Below, one piece after another: positions 1-12,355 of a stretch of DNA of 64,000 nucleotides. The DNA is from Blasia pusilla (taxonomy: Eukaryota). The stretch lies in assembly GCA_050084515.1 (NCBI GenBank), contig CM114271.1, positions 35,092,001 to 35,156,000 on the forward strand, given 5' to 3'. Position 1 is the first letter of the stretch; every line of letters begins with the position of its first letter. Made by a program: the position numbers and the translations under genes. The notes under the pieces are model-generated. The model saw only the letters and a program-made list of their open reading frames with translations, searched no databases and was not told where the DNA came from.

Positions 1-967
1 TAACCATTTCTAGGCAAGCTGTCCGATTCCGACAAGTTGGCTGCTTAAGTGATCGGACTCTTTCCCTGTGAGACCAACTTCTGACGCATTGTGGCGGGCT
101 TCTTAACTTTTGGCTCGTTCCCCTACATTCGTCAAACCAGTTGTAGGCTTCTTTTCTTGTCTAAGATGTGCAAGATTCCTACTACCTGTCGGATTGCCAT
201 TTCGGATTCCCAACCTGTTGGATTTTTGTGGGTGTAGGGTGGAAGGGAATCACTTATCAAAATCTTTCCTTTCTTATGGTGAGCTTGCTTGCAAGGGGTG
301 CAAGTCATCTGATTCCGATGGGTTGCAAGAGTTGCAACCTGTAAAATTCCGATGGATTGCAAGAGTTGCAACCTGTAAAATTCCGACGGGTTGGGAGGGG
401 TGCAGCTTCTCGGTTTCTCAAATTTAGGATCTGAATGAAGGGACATCAGTTCCTCTTTACTCCAGACAGCTAACAATCTTTCACAAAGTTGGTCTTGAGC
501 AGACATCATTCATAACCAACACAAAGTTGGTTATGAGGCAATTCAGGGGAGGCCATGATGCAGGCAAAAATCCCTGCAAAAAGAGAGGTTGGCATCGTAC
601 CGATGCGCATCCGGGTGGTCCTCCAACAAAAATACCCATGGGCATTGCTTATTGTAGACCGAGAGAGGCAATGTTAAGAAACTTAGGCTCACATGGAGAG
701 TGATGGAAAAATATTTGTAGTGGTCTTATGATGTCTACTTTTTTTTCGCCCCCTGGAAAAAGGAGGTTTCTTTAGGCCCGAGTGTGGACCACTACCTACT
801 CTCTTCTAAAGATTTCATGAATTTGAAAGCAAAAAAAAATTTCAAATATGTCAAAAAGTTTTGAAGAGAGGAGGCGGATTTGGCCCTTTTTTTTTTGAAG
901 AGAGACTCTCCTCTCTTCCTCTTTTCCTCTCCTCTCTTACTCTCTCTTGCCAGAATACCAGCCCCCA

Positions 968-3113
968 TGGTCGAGCACTTCTCAAAGTGAATAGAGTTTA
1001 TTGCATTGCTGGAAAAAGCGAGTGAGGGAGTAGCGTTTGGCTTCCTAGATTGAATGCTGAGTCAATACGGCGCACTAGTTGAGGTGTTGAGAGACCAGGG
1101 TACAGAGTTCCGTGGGGAGTTTCAGGCCTTGTATGATCAGGAACTGATCGACCACCGCACTACTTTGTGAGATCATCCTGAGGAAGATGGACTAGCGGAG
1201 CGGGTTGTGTAGATGGTAAAGAGAGGACTACACAAGTATGGCTTGCAAAGAGGTCACCTAGAAGATTGGGACCTTCAGTTGCCGTGGTTGGCGATCGGAT
1301 ATAGATTCAGCAGGCAGATATCCTTAGCATCTTTCTCACCGTATTTGTTGCTTTATGGCCGAGAGCCAAATTTACCTGCGGCCATTGGTCAAGATGTTGA
1401 TGAGGTGTTGAACCTTGATGACCGTGATGTATGGATGCAAGCATGTTCTCAGAGGGCTGAGTTGTTTCGGAGAGTGATGCCCATGGCGTTTGAGAACTTG
1501 GCGATTGCGCAACATCAGGATACGTAGAGGTATGCAACTATTTGGTGAGGTGGTTATTGACCTACTATCCGGAGGTTTCATCACGGAGACTATGTCTACT
1601 TGCAGCAATCGGCATCCACGACATGGGATATGATCACAGGGCGCATCATCTTGAGAGTGCGTGAGGTTTTGCCATCCGTGTTCTCTTATTGGAGAGACGC
1701 GATGGTATGGTTTGGAAGGACCATGTGCATAACTGTGGGCCATGTCATCTTCCAAACATTGACGGTACAATTGATCCGAGCTTAGCAATAGTTCCTGCAG
1801 GCTTGCGGTGTATGTTGTGTGGTTCCACCCGTGGTGCAATCACTATGCTAGTTTGTGATGGATGTTCGAGAGGATTACATATGGCATGTTTGACCCCACC
1901 TCTCACTAGGGTTCATGTCGCGACCCTCATGACCAAACAAGTGCCAAGCGGAACATCGAACATTAGCGGGCTCACGCTAAGATGGTTTGCGCGTTGGAGT
2001 AGTCTCAAAGAGGAGACAAGAGACGAGACGCGAGCGAGGCGTAGCGTTTCAGATGTTGTGGTCGCGACCAAGAAACCTTGACCAAACGCAGAATGAGACT
2101 TGAAAGAAGTCGAGTCTAGGAAGTGGGTTGCCAAAGGAAGAATCCGGATTTGGAACGCCACTAACGTTTGAGAGTTTCCGACTGTATTTATGGCCATAAC
2201 TTTTAGCGCCAAGATGCGTTTGGATTAAATAAGGGTTCGTTAGAAAGCTTATGGAAAGCCGGTTCAAACGCACTAAAGATCTTTGCAAACGCTTTAGCAG
2301 TGGCTGAGAAACAACCCGGAAACGACTGTAAGTAGAGTCGGGTTGAGGGCCACAATGAAGGGCCCGACCCTCCTTTTCTAAAGGGGGGTTTATTGGAGAA
2401 CCCCAGAAGTACTAGTAAGGGGGAAGGTCTTCGAGAGTGCTTGGAACCCGAACCCCACTTTGGGCGCCGCGGGGTGGCTCAAGGGCATGGAACGGAACGC
2501 GAGTTTGGGAGTTGGGTTGGAAAACCTGCACCAAGTCTATTGAGGCAATTTTAGACATCCCTCTTGGATTTCACCCCATGACTCAATTACTTGGATCTCG
2601 GTTTGGAACTCACACGAGATCCGTTGAACAGTTGGGATCGCTAGGCGCGCAAGTCCCGTTTCAGATCCCTGGACTAACCAGGAAGTCTGTTCCAAGTCTT
2701 GAAGGACTTGCCGTGTTTTGGAAACTAGGAACTAAGGAAGGTTGAGCTTGATGAGACGCCGAGTTGAGAACTCGGTGGGTTGGAACGCTGGTTGGCCCAA
2801 ACCCGACTAACGAGAGTGCATGTTTTGGTGCAGATCGGCGATGAGATCGTGACCTACTGAACGTACGCTTCCGCAACACCAAAGATTGACGTTCAAGGAG
2901 AGTAGGGGCGCGACAGTTCCTCAGGGACGATGGATGTATCCCAGATGTACATAGAGTAGGTAGTTCTACATTCCAACTTGTGTCTGTGACATGGATGACA
3001 AGAAGGCAACTAACGATAGGGCCACATGAGCACCTGGCCTTCTTGCTCTTAGCTTCCGAGAGATGTATGTCATGGTACGTAGGGATAGAAGGCTATCTGG
3101 AGTTAGAGGGACC
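968..3113 (+). mobile_element. Decayed 3' fragment (integrase core, PHD finger, 3' UTR) of the DNMT/PHD Ty3 family, interrupted by a solo LTR
   Basis: MVEHFSK..., DWDLQLPWLAIGYRFS and CMLCGSTRGAITMLVCDGCSRGLHMACLTPPLTRV|PQGRWM align with 53571-54739 (-). The 3' UTR TATCTGGAGTTAGAGGGACCTA matches the reverse complement of ~53405-53430. Confidence 0.9.
1916..2915. mobile_element. Solo LTR (1000 bp) inserted in the PHD-coding sequence
   Basis: Termini TGTCGCG...CGCGACA. Flanks GTTCA (1911-1915) and GTTCC (2916-2920). Removing it restores PPLTRVPQGRW. Homologous to 26787-27810. Confidence 0.9.
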
Positions 3114-3147
3114 TACATACTTTCAAATTATAATAACTTCTTGTAAC

Positions 3148-3433
3148 CAAGGTTGCACACATAAAAAATCCATGTATATGGACTTATGTCCGTCCCTAGG
3201 ATGGGCATGTTTGTGTGGACTTAGGTACTCATGGCCCGCATTCGAGCCCGCACAGCCGCTACAGGCCTCATGCATGCTAAAAATTGAGTGCGGGATCGAC
3301 CACCCCCATTCTACATTACGGACTTGGAGGGCTCGAGGGCGGCATAAGGGTGGGTTCGAGTATGGGCCGGAGACCCGTTGCAATTGGGCATATTCGTCCC
3401 ATGGACGAACTTGTGCATTTCCAAGCAACGTTG
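3148..3433. mobile_element. hAT-type MITE, copy 1
   Basis: TIRs CAAGGTTGC / GCAACGTTG; perfect 8-bp TSD CTTGTAAC (3140-3147, 3434-3441); non-coding, GC-rich interior. Confidence 0.9.
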
Positions 3434-3499
3434 CTTGTAACCCAATTTATACATTGTTAGAACAGAGTATGAAGTCAAGAGTGGATGAATGAGACTTTC

Positions 3500-4060
3500 T
3501 TGCAAATTCCAATATTTACAAATGCATGATTGGAAGTTTGATTTATTTTACTATACTTATGCTACACTTTAGCTGTATAGTTGGCTTGGTGAGTTAATTC
3601 ATGCAACAAGATGGAAACATCACCTTGATGTTGTGAGGAAGATTATACAACATGTGAAATTCTCTTTTGAATTAGAACCTTCTCCAAATTTATAGTTGTA
3701 GGACCTCCTAGATGTTGATTGGATACGAAGTGTGTTTGATAGACACTCTATGTCTAGTTATTCTCTCATCTTAAGAATCGCAATTATAAGTTGGGTTTCA
3801 AAGAAGCAAACTCTAATGGCTTTATCTTCAATAGAGGTTGCGTGTGGAGGAGCAACCAATACAGAATATGAGGCGGTGTGGCTTTATGAATTACTCAAGA
3901 CCTGGTGTAATGTATGCAAATAATTTTAGTAGCATAAGACTTACTAATAATCTTGTGCTTGATACTTGAACAAAGCACTTAAAGATGCACTACCAAAATG
4001 ACTTGATCATAGAGAAAGTGCTTCCAAGAGACTTGAAGGAGGTCTATTTAGATCCATTAG
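3500..4060 (+). mobile_element. Ty1/copia RT-RNase H remnant
   Basis: Broken frames read MIGSLIYF, VGLVS*FMQ and DVDW...DRHSMSSY...AIISWVSKKQTLMALSSIEV, the copia RT end and RNase H signature. Confidence 0.8.
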
Positions 4061-7000
4061 TTACTAAATGAGCACATAGAATGTGCAATCCTAAGTCCTT
4101 TTGTAGGGAAAATCAAAAGTATTACCCAAATATAAGATTGTATGACTTGATTTATGAATATCTTTCTGACTCTTTCAAATTCCAAAGTGGTAAATTGTAA
4201 ACTAGATTGCATACATACCAATTTCTATCTACTCTCGTGACTACTTTAACATTATTTTTATCATGGCTCCAACCAATATTGCTTTTTTTTTACTTTTCTC
4301 ATAGCTCCATATTTCCTCATCAACCATTGATCTCTTCTTCTAAACTCAGGTGTACACAAACAAGGTGCCCTAAAGAGGTCTTAAACTCAAGGCATATATT
4401 TTTTATTCCCTCAACTAATAATTTAACATCTATATAAAAACTCACTCAAACATTCGTTGGAGTGTAATGTACATATCAGATCAACCTACAACATGACAAT
4501 CTAAGATCCCATCCCACCATAAGATCTCAAGGTAAAAAGACTCAAATTTACAGAGTGTCATATAGGAAAGGTTTAGGTTTTTCTATGTTACTGGGCTTAT
4601 TTATGAGAGAATGGACTCCAAGTTCTTATCTCTTAGGGCTATTTTATCCTAACCCTCTCCAAGGCTTCCCAAGGTAACTAATGCACCTAGACCTAGACCT
4701 AGCCCCAACGAATTATCCCATTCTTGATATATAAAATGAACTACGCTCCTAAGTAGCTTCTTTCCTACAATAGAAACTCCTAAAATTGAGTCAAATAGAG
4801 GGTTAACTCACTTGTCCCCAATATCTCCTTTAAAATACACATTTTGTTTGTATCTTATTCTACTTATTATTTTTAGCTTCTAGAAAATACATAAATTCAT
4901 AAATAAAAATCATGGATGAGCGGAATGGGAAGGGGGGGAGGTATGAAAGATGGCATGAATTTGTTCATCAAAGTGACATAGGACTACTTCCAAATTTTGA
5001 CATGCGCATGGAAAAACTCCTCATAAGATAGGATGTAAAGTAAAAAAGTGAAGAAAGGGAGTTGTTACATTCATAATAAAATCAAATTTTTAAAAAGGAT
5101 GGATGAGTAGAACTTAAACAAAAGGTGTGAACAACAAACAATAGAACATCCGAATGAAATATCAAGACAAAAGATAAGACTATTGCATAATACTATCAAA
5201 GGAAACCACTTGCATATTTGAGATCCTAGGATTTTTGAACAAAACACAAAAGTTGATATGATGCTTAAAAAAAAGCGGAAAGAAATAAGGAAGGATGAAG
5301 GGACAACATGGGAGATGGATGACATTTCACAATTGAAAAATCCAAAGAGAGTGTTTCAAGAACAATCTACATTATTAAAGTAACACGGTTCTTCTTGTAA
5401 GAAGAAAGCATTATTTTCTCTCTTTGGTCTAAGCCTTTTACAATAGGAGAAAATTTAGGTCTTTTTAATAATGTCTTAATTTTGTGACAAGAAATTGACA
5501 AGTATATTGCAAAAGTATGCGCGTACGAGTATGGATAGAAGACGAGATAGGGTGATCATATTCACCTTGTCTTCCTTTTCGGACCCTCTTCTTGTATCAC
5601 GTTTGTCCATCCATTCAATTTGGAGTTGATGGTGTTATCCATCTTTCCTTGGCTTTCATTGTTTTCCTCTCCAACCTTCCTACTTGGCTCCCTAGTTTTT
5701 TTGCATAGACATTAAGGAATCTGCATAAAACCCCATTAAGTGGTTTTCTTTTTCTTTTATAAGGTTTTTGTTTTTTGTAAATATGAGCTTCAATTCCCGT
5801 GAAGAAGCTTACGGTCCTCCTGGGAATTGAAGACCCAAAATACTACCCAAGAAACCAAATTCATATGGTAATATGTCACCATGATAAAAATGCTTATGTA
5901 TTGAGAGAGACATAGAATAATTTACACTTAAGAAACCACCCCGGTTTGGATTTTTTAAGAGGTTAGGGAAGAGGGTTCTCAAGAGGCTAATCCTAACTCG
6001 GCGGAAAAAAACTCTTAGAAGAGATGAAGGGACGAGGGCAACACGGACTTAAGGTGGTTCCCAAAGAGAAGAACGGAGAGGATAATTAATACTAACACCG
6101 GGACTAATTTAATTAGTTATGAAAGGACAAAATTCAAGCTGAAAAAATTAAAATTTCATATCAAATATCATAAAAAAAGTTGAGGAAAGTACATAGCAAC
6201 TTGTATTTTGCAGCCTAGGATCAACTATTGTAAGGTTATAACCAAACATAACTAAAACAAAATATAAAAAGTATAAAAAAAAATTTAATAAAAAATAACT
6301 TTTAAGGTGCAGGCACCGTATCCAAAGCTCCATCCATTGAACGCACTACATGAGCAAACAATCATGACACGGGATGCATTGAAGACCACGAAGCTGTGGA
6401 ATACGGGCACTAAATGTGCAAAGGGCAAGGAGAGTACAGCAGCAGGAACTACGGAGGGACGAGAAGTATGTGAGCGAAAGAACGGTACCGTGCTTGAATA
6501 AGGCAAGGACGGAGCGGGCACGATGCACCTACTCTGATCACTTCGGCGGACTGACAGGCCCTTCCTTCCTGTGTGGAACTTCCCGGCTGCGGATTGGACA
6601 CGCGTGAGGGGCGGTGAGGGCGCTCACGGGATAGCAGTCATTGCCATCGCGAGCTGCCAGTAAAATAGAGAATAGACAAGCATAGTTCCACTGTTTGTTT
6701 CGAAATGACTCGCCGAGAAAAGACGACAGAGAGGAGAGAAGAGAGAGGAAAGGAAGAGAGAGACGGTAGGCCAAAAAAAGATTATCTCAATTTTATTCTA
6801 TTTTTCAGAGGAGCGTATACAGAACGTATTCCATCGTAAGTGAGTCGCACCGTCGAGTACAGTAATTTTGCTGAGGGGAGTTGAACTGTTTAGATACGAG
6901 CTGCTGAACAGATGGAGATTGTACCCATTATAAAGTTCTACCAGTCGTAGAGCGTGAAAAGGAGTGGGCCAGACCTTGAGTAGCAACTTCTTTGCTGAAG

Positions 7001-10000
7001 AGTCCATCGTGGAAGATGGTCTGCGCGAAACGAAATCCATGAGAGCTGAGTTACTTTCCATGTCGCAGATGCTTGTATGCAAAAAGTGTTGCATCGTTCG
7101 TGTGTGCTGCGCTAACAGACCAGAGCGAGAACTGCATTTTTAAGAGGGCCAAGCTGTCTGTTTCTAGGCTGGGATATGTCGATGGATGAGACCGTGCAGG
7201 GATTTCGTATTGGTCGGTATGGGTAAAGGTGATGTAAGTGTTTTTTTCGGTGAGTGTGCAGAAAACAGAATAGAGTGGTGGAGTGGTAGATATACGGTAA
7301 AGCTGACAGAGCCCTGGCAATGTCTCCACGCGTGCGAACACCAGCATCCCCATTTCTCGCTGCCACACGGCATGTATCGGGAACAGGCAGCCTCACTTAC
7401 CTTCGCGATTCTCCTGAGATCCCTCATTTAACTCGATGATTCTCCTGAGATGACGGTCGGTGAAGAGGTAAGCTTCGAACTCAGCCTGCCTCATATGACA
7501 TACGCAGGTGACCGTCTTTCCAACTTTGATCACCTTTCGGGGGTTGTATACTTCACCGAATACGCGCACTTATTGCGTAGTTACTGTCTCATCCGGGACG
7601 CCTGAGGAATGCCCATAGGCGGCCGGGTGCGCCCTAGGGCTGGAGTACCTTCAAGTAGGTCAAGTCCGGTTATCGCAGCTCACTGCTGTGACGCCTCGTG
7701 GCCACCACCACAGGTGACTTAGATTATGCACATACCGTGACGGAGTGTTGTTGTAATCAGTCAACCTCGGCTGATCTAGTCAAACATTGGGTAGAGGTTC
7801 AAGCTCAGACGTGACGGTATACCCCAGAAGAATTTCGCTCAATCATACCGGTCACGAGGAAAATTGGAATCAAGAGTTGAAGTTGGTGAACATAAGGGAA
7901 CTCCATTCCCACATCCAGGAACTTTAAGCCGTGCCAACATGAAAGAGTAGGGTAAGGTATTCCTTCTTATCTGCACCGACGACGGAAGGAAGGTGTGGAT
8001 CATTGCGATCCGTGATTGCCAGCTCATACCCAGCATTTGACTGGAAAAGTTCTGGCGGATCTTCATGCGAGTGAATGGAGACATCAACCAGTTTTAACAC
8101 TAGTTTTCTAAGCGGTGCTTTATTGTTTCAGTTACCTCTTCCGGGGCAGAGAGGACACAAAAACAGTGGCCACCCGTGAAATTCCTAGTGCCAATCATGA
8201 AACGAAGACCAGGCAGCAGAAACCTGCAGCAGCGTGGTGTACACTACTGTCACCTCTGACTGTGAACTATTGACAGCTAGAGACTTTGTATTATTAGCTC
8301 CAAGGATAGCCATGCAATGTGAACCACCACCACAATATCTCTGAGTATACCGTGTCAATCGACTACAAAAGGAGATCTAGAGTGTACTTAATCCCAGCAG
8401 TATGGAGGGGAGCAACTGACACTCCATCATAACCGGCTTAGTTTCACAGATTATGGAACGAATCCCGTCTAATCTGATTCCTTCGTGGCCAATTTCATAG
8501 AAGAGTTTCTTCGCTACGAGCATATCTATCGATGACATACGTGTATTTAAATTGAAGTGTATTGAGGTTTCAAGCATGTGAAAGGCATGGAAGTCAGAGG
8601 CCCTTACGCGCGAAACAAGCCAGTCCATGTCTAGAGCTTGAAATATTCATCTCCACTCGACGAGACACGAAAGGTAATCTAACCAAAAGCATAACCGAGC
8701 GAATAAACCAGTGGACGGCAAATCAGAAAAAACCCCTGGAACGCGAGGGCATCAAATCGGAAGGCAAAACTCCACTGGTTGGATGCGGATACACAATGAG
8801 AACGCAAAGAAACGAGGGGGGTTCGAGTGTGAGGACAAATCATGAAAGTTTCAAGTTTCTCCAAAACCACAAATCTTACATCTTGATCAGAAAACCATTT
8901 ACCCCAGACCTGCCTACAGTAACTCATTGTCTAGGGATCCTCTAACTAAATTGACAGTATAACCGAACCCTGCCTTCCAGCTGAACGTGTTCGCTACTTC
9001 CGTTCAATGAAGAAAGTCAAGCTTGGCACCCTTTCGGGCATGGTCCCTGACGCGTTCTGACTCTCTGACCCAGGAAGGTTTACGTCCAACCGGGTCCAGA
9101 TAAAAGAATGAGAAAAAAGGGGCGAAAAGAAGAAAGAAAAAAAGGGACCCAATAGTTGCAATTCGAGCCTAAAGCAATGAATGGCATCATGCACGCAGAG
9201 ATGCACACGGGACCTACAGTCCCTGCAGGAAGTAGAACACATAGACCAATGCGCACTACCTCATAAAATCTAAAGAATGTCCGGGCTTCTAAAACCCTTC
9301 ACAGGGTCTCTGTAATGATCACATGAGGCTGCACGATGCATCTTCCGTGTGGCCAGCCTGGGACATTCAAAGAATCGGAAAATGGGTCGGAACACAGAAG
9401 GAGTTTGACCTAGTATATCAAAACCAAGGGCAAGATTTCACGCCCACTATTTCGTCATATTCCCTCCACAATCCGTCGTGAGCAGCAACCGACCGACACA
9501 ATCTCCAGTTGACACCCCGTGCGCTTGAACAGAACAATGCATTCCCTCCTCTTCGTGTTGTACCCCACAAAAGAGCTTCAAAGCTTTCCTCTGGTATGTG
9601 TACTAATATCGACACGCGCTCTTTTACTTCTCATCACGAAAGACGAAACATGAGGAGATAGCAGGCTCGATTAGGCAGCCCGTACGCGTATCGACAATAC
9701 ACATCGGCACAGAGCGAGGACTCAGCTGCGCAACTCCGCCGCTTCTCAGTTGACCTTCCATCTCGTGACCTGTTGTCGACCCCATCACCCCTCGGGAACG
9801 AAAGAAAAATCGGACATTCTCTCGTTGGGAAGACAAAAACTCGCGTAAGAGGGCAGAAAACTATTAGGAAATGTATAATCCTCGTTAATCAACCGTTCGT
9901 CCACCTTACGAACTCGGAAAATTGCGCAAGTAGAATCTGAGGGAACGAAAAAAACTAGCACACCGAATCTCCAATTGTTAGTTGGAAGTCTTCCTCTTCC

Positions 10001-10273
10001 CACCCACATCCTTCGCTCTTCTTCGACCTCTTCTTTACGCCGCCTATCTGTCCATACCTGTCACGCTCCTGTATGCACAAATGCGCAGTCTACACTTCTT
10101 GCACTTTTGCTCGCTCCTCTCTCCATTGTCGCTCGGAGAAGCCCCACTCAAACGATCATACAAACTTGTTCAGATGTCGTACGATTCTCTTCCACGTTCG
10201 AATTCCACTTTCGATCACGGTCAACCGTTGCTAGTCCTCTGATCGATTCATCTATCTGAAGGTGTAGTTTCTT

Positions 10274-11821
10274 CTATAGTTGAACGATAGCGGTAAGATC
10301 GTTGGGGTGCACCATGTAAGGCATGTCGGTCACCCACTGCCACTGCGCACGAGCCGTTTTCAGGTCGCAAACACAGCAGCGAATGCTCATCAGATTGGGG
10401 TAATTCACCTCGTACAAGTAGATCATACATTGATTGTCCTTTCCAGCGACACATCCGATATACCAAAGCCAGGTACCCTTCTCGAGAGGTGGAATGGGGG
10501 CAACTTCAACCCACTCCATCTTGGACTCCTCGAGTTTCCATACACTGATCGAGGTCTCTTCCTTCATGTGCGGCCCATCTTCCACTTTGAAGAGCTTACC
10601 CCCGCAAGACACCAAGTGAAAATGGTGGTAGCGAGGAGGAGCAGTAGAGTTGTGAGTCATAGGAAGCCTACTCCACTGGCCCTTTTCGACATCGTAAGAA
10701 GCGACCTCGTTAATGAGGTTCAACCTCCGCGAGTAAACCAAAAGCTTTCCATTGTGAACCGTGCCGAAACGAACCTCACGGAAAGACGAGGGCAGACTCA
10801 TGATGTAGCTCCATCGATTCGTAAGAGGATCGTAAATCTCGGCCGAGCAAAGAGATCTCCGGGACAGACCCTTTCCTCCAGCCACGATGAGCTTCGTCCG
10901 CTTTGCCCCTTTCTCTCCCTTCTCCTCTATCACTCCTACGGCTGGCATGTCCCTAGCGTGGTGCATGGGCGGCATCTCCTTCCAGGTGTTGGTGACGGGG
11001 TTGTACACCAAGGCGCTCGACGAGGGGCAGCAACCGCCCACGAGATAAATCAATCCTCCCCCCACGACCAAGGAGTAGTGATTTCTCCCTGCGAGGATCG
11101 GAGCTCTAATGAACTGAGACTTCTTATAGACGGGATCGTAAGCCAGAATGGCGGCCTCGCTGTCTCGAGATTCGGGTTTGAAGATGAACAGCCACGGTTC
11201 ATGATACCCGGAGAGCGCTCGGAGGTGGAGGAACGACGGGGAGAGCAGAAGGGCCCTCCATCTCTTGCACACAAGGCGGAGGCGCACGAGGCATCTCCAG
11301 GGCAGCCTCACGAGACAAAGCTCGAGGAGATCGTTGGGCAAGGAGTTTTGGTCCATCAGACTCTCTTCTTCAAACGGTTGCCATCTCTCCTCTTCCCTCC
11401 TCAGCTTTTGCTGCTCCAAAAGCTTTCGAGATTGAAGACGGGTGTGGGCGGCCGGACCCGAGCCCTTACCATTGTTCACGTCTTTCCCATGGGCGCTGCT
11501 TTTCGCAACCACGGGCTTGTGCGAAGGCTGATAGCGAGACAGCTGGGAAAAGTGGTACGACAGATGATTGGTCTGCGAGGGGGTCAAGGAGCGGGAGAAA
11601 GATGAGGATTGTGGTGGGGGAGGAGGGGGAGCGAAAGAAGAAAACAAGGACGAGATAGTGGTGGCTTGTGACGGAGGTGCCGGGGGAGCCTGAGAGGATT
11701 GTTGCGAGATGGGATCGTTAACGAGCAGTGAAAGCTGGGGCGCAAGAGATGCGAGGGCGGTGGGCGGACAGGGAAGGGAGTGGGAATGGGAAGAGTTAGG
11801 CTGGTTAGGAAAGGATTCCAT
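10274..11821 (-). CDS. F-box/kelch-repeat protein, 515 aa from the first ATG, intronless; resembles Arabidopsis At5g42350 (CFK1-like)
   Basis: Open ORF with a Pro/Ser-rich N-terminus, F-box LPNDLLELCLVRLP...VCKRWR, the PWLFIF linker, and kelch repeats (IYLVGG...YNPVTNTW..M..AR; LIVAGG...AEIYDPLTNRW). The ORF track start at 11836 is a non-ATG codon; the first ATG is at 11821. Confidence 0.93.
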   Translation of the reverse strand: MESFPNQPNSSHSHSLPCPPTALASLAPQLSLLVNDPISQQSSQAPPAPPSQATTISSLFSSFAPPPPPPQSSSFSRSLTPSQTNHLSYHFSQLSRYQPSHKPVVAKSSAHGKDVNNGKGSGPAAHTRLQSRKLLEQQKLRREEERWQPFEEESLMDQNSLPNDLLELCLVRLPWRCLVRLRLVCKRWRALLLSPSFLHLRALSGYHEPWLFIFKPESRDSEAAILAYDPVYKKSQFIRAPILAGRNHYSLVVGGGLIYLVGGCCPSSSALVYNPVTNTWKEMPPMHHARDMPAVGVIEEKGEKGAKRTKLIVAGGKGLSRRSLCSAEIYDPLTNRWSYIMSLPSSFREVRFGTVHNGKLLVYSRRLNLINEVASYDVEKGQWSRLPMTHNSTAPPRYHHFHLVSCGGKLFKVEDGPHMKEETSISVWKLEESKMEWVEVAPIPPLEKGTWLWYIGCVAGKDNQCMIYLYEVNYPNLMSIRCCVCDLKTARAQWQWVTDMPYMVHPNDLTAIVQL

Positions 11822-12298
11822 GGAGCAACGGAGCACACCGATGCGTCTCTAAGGTCAAGAGACTAAACTAACAGCCGATTCCCCGGCACTCCCACCACAA
11901 CATTCATCACTCTGCCCTCGAATCCGCACTTCGCCCCCATGAAATCCACCAGTCAAAACCGACCGTCGCACGGCGCCACAGCAGACGCGCAACACCTCGC
12001 TCCGTTTCCCCTCGCCTCCAATTTCGACATAATTGCCTCCGCACCGAGTCCCCGCCCCTCTACATCCTCTCCCAACGATTGAACGAACCCGGGACTTCTC
12101 CACGCGAGACACTCCACACGCCGACTCGTCACGACTTCGCAACTCCGCCCAAATCTTCCCTCAAATCCCACCCCTTCCCTCCCTTCCCTCCCAATCTTCA
12201 ATTGACCAATCGATTCCGCAACTCTCGCTCGTTGACGCAGCGAAGAAAGTAAAGGCCGAGCCAAGAACGAAAAGAAAGTGTCCACGGGGGGCTCCCTA

Positions 12299-12355
12299 GC
12301 GCGCGCGCGCACACACACACGCACGCACGCACGCAGGCAGGCAGGCAGGCAGGCA
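12299..12355. repeat. Compound microsatellite (GC)n(AC)n(GCAC)n(GCAG)n upstream of the F-box gene
   Basis: Read directly: GCGCGCGCGCGCACACACACACGCACGCACGCACGCAGGCAGGCAGG. Confidence 0.9.

Noticed and set aside
110-509. Short ORFs containing a ~34-bp tandem duplication (GTTGCAAGAGTTGCAACCTGTAAAATTCCGA)
   Set aside because: Two copies only, with no spacer array and no identifiable domain; not a CRISPR and not a supportable gene.
10280-11605. 441-aa ORF on the + strand
   Set aside because: Antisense shadow of the GC-rich F-box/kelch CDS; no recognisable domain.
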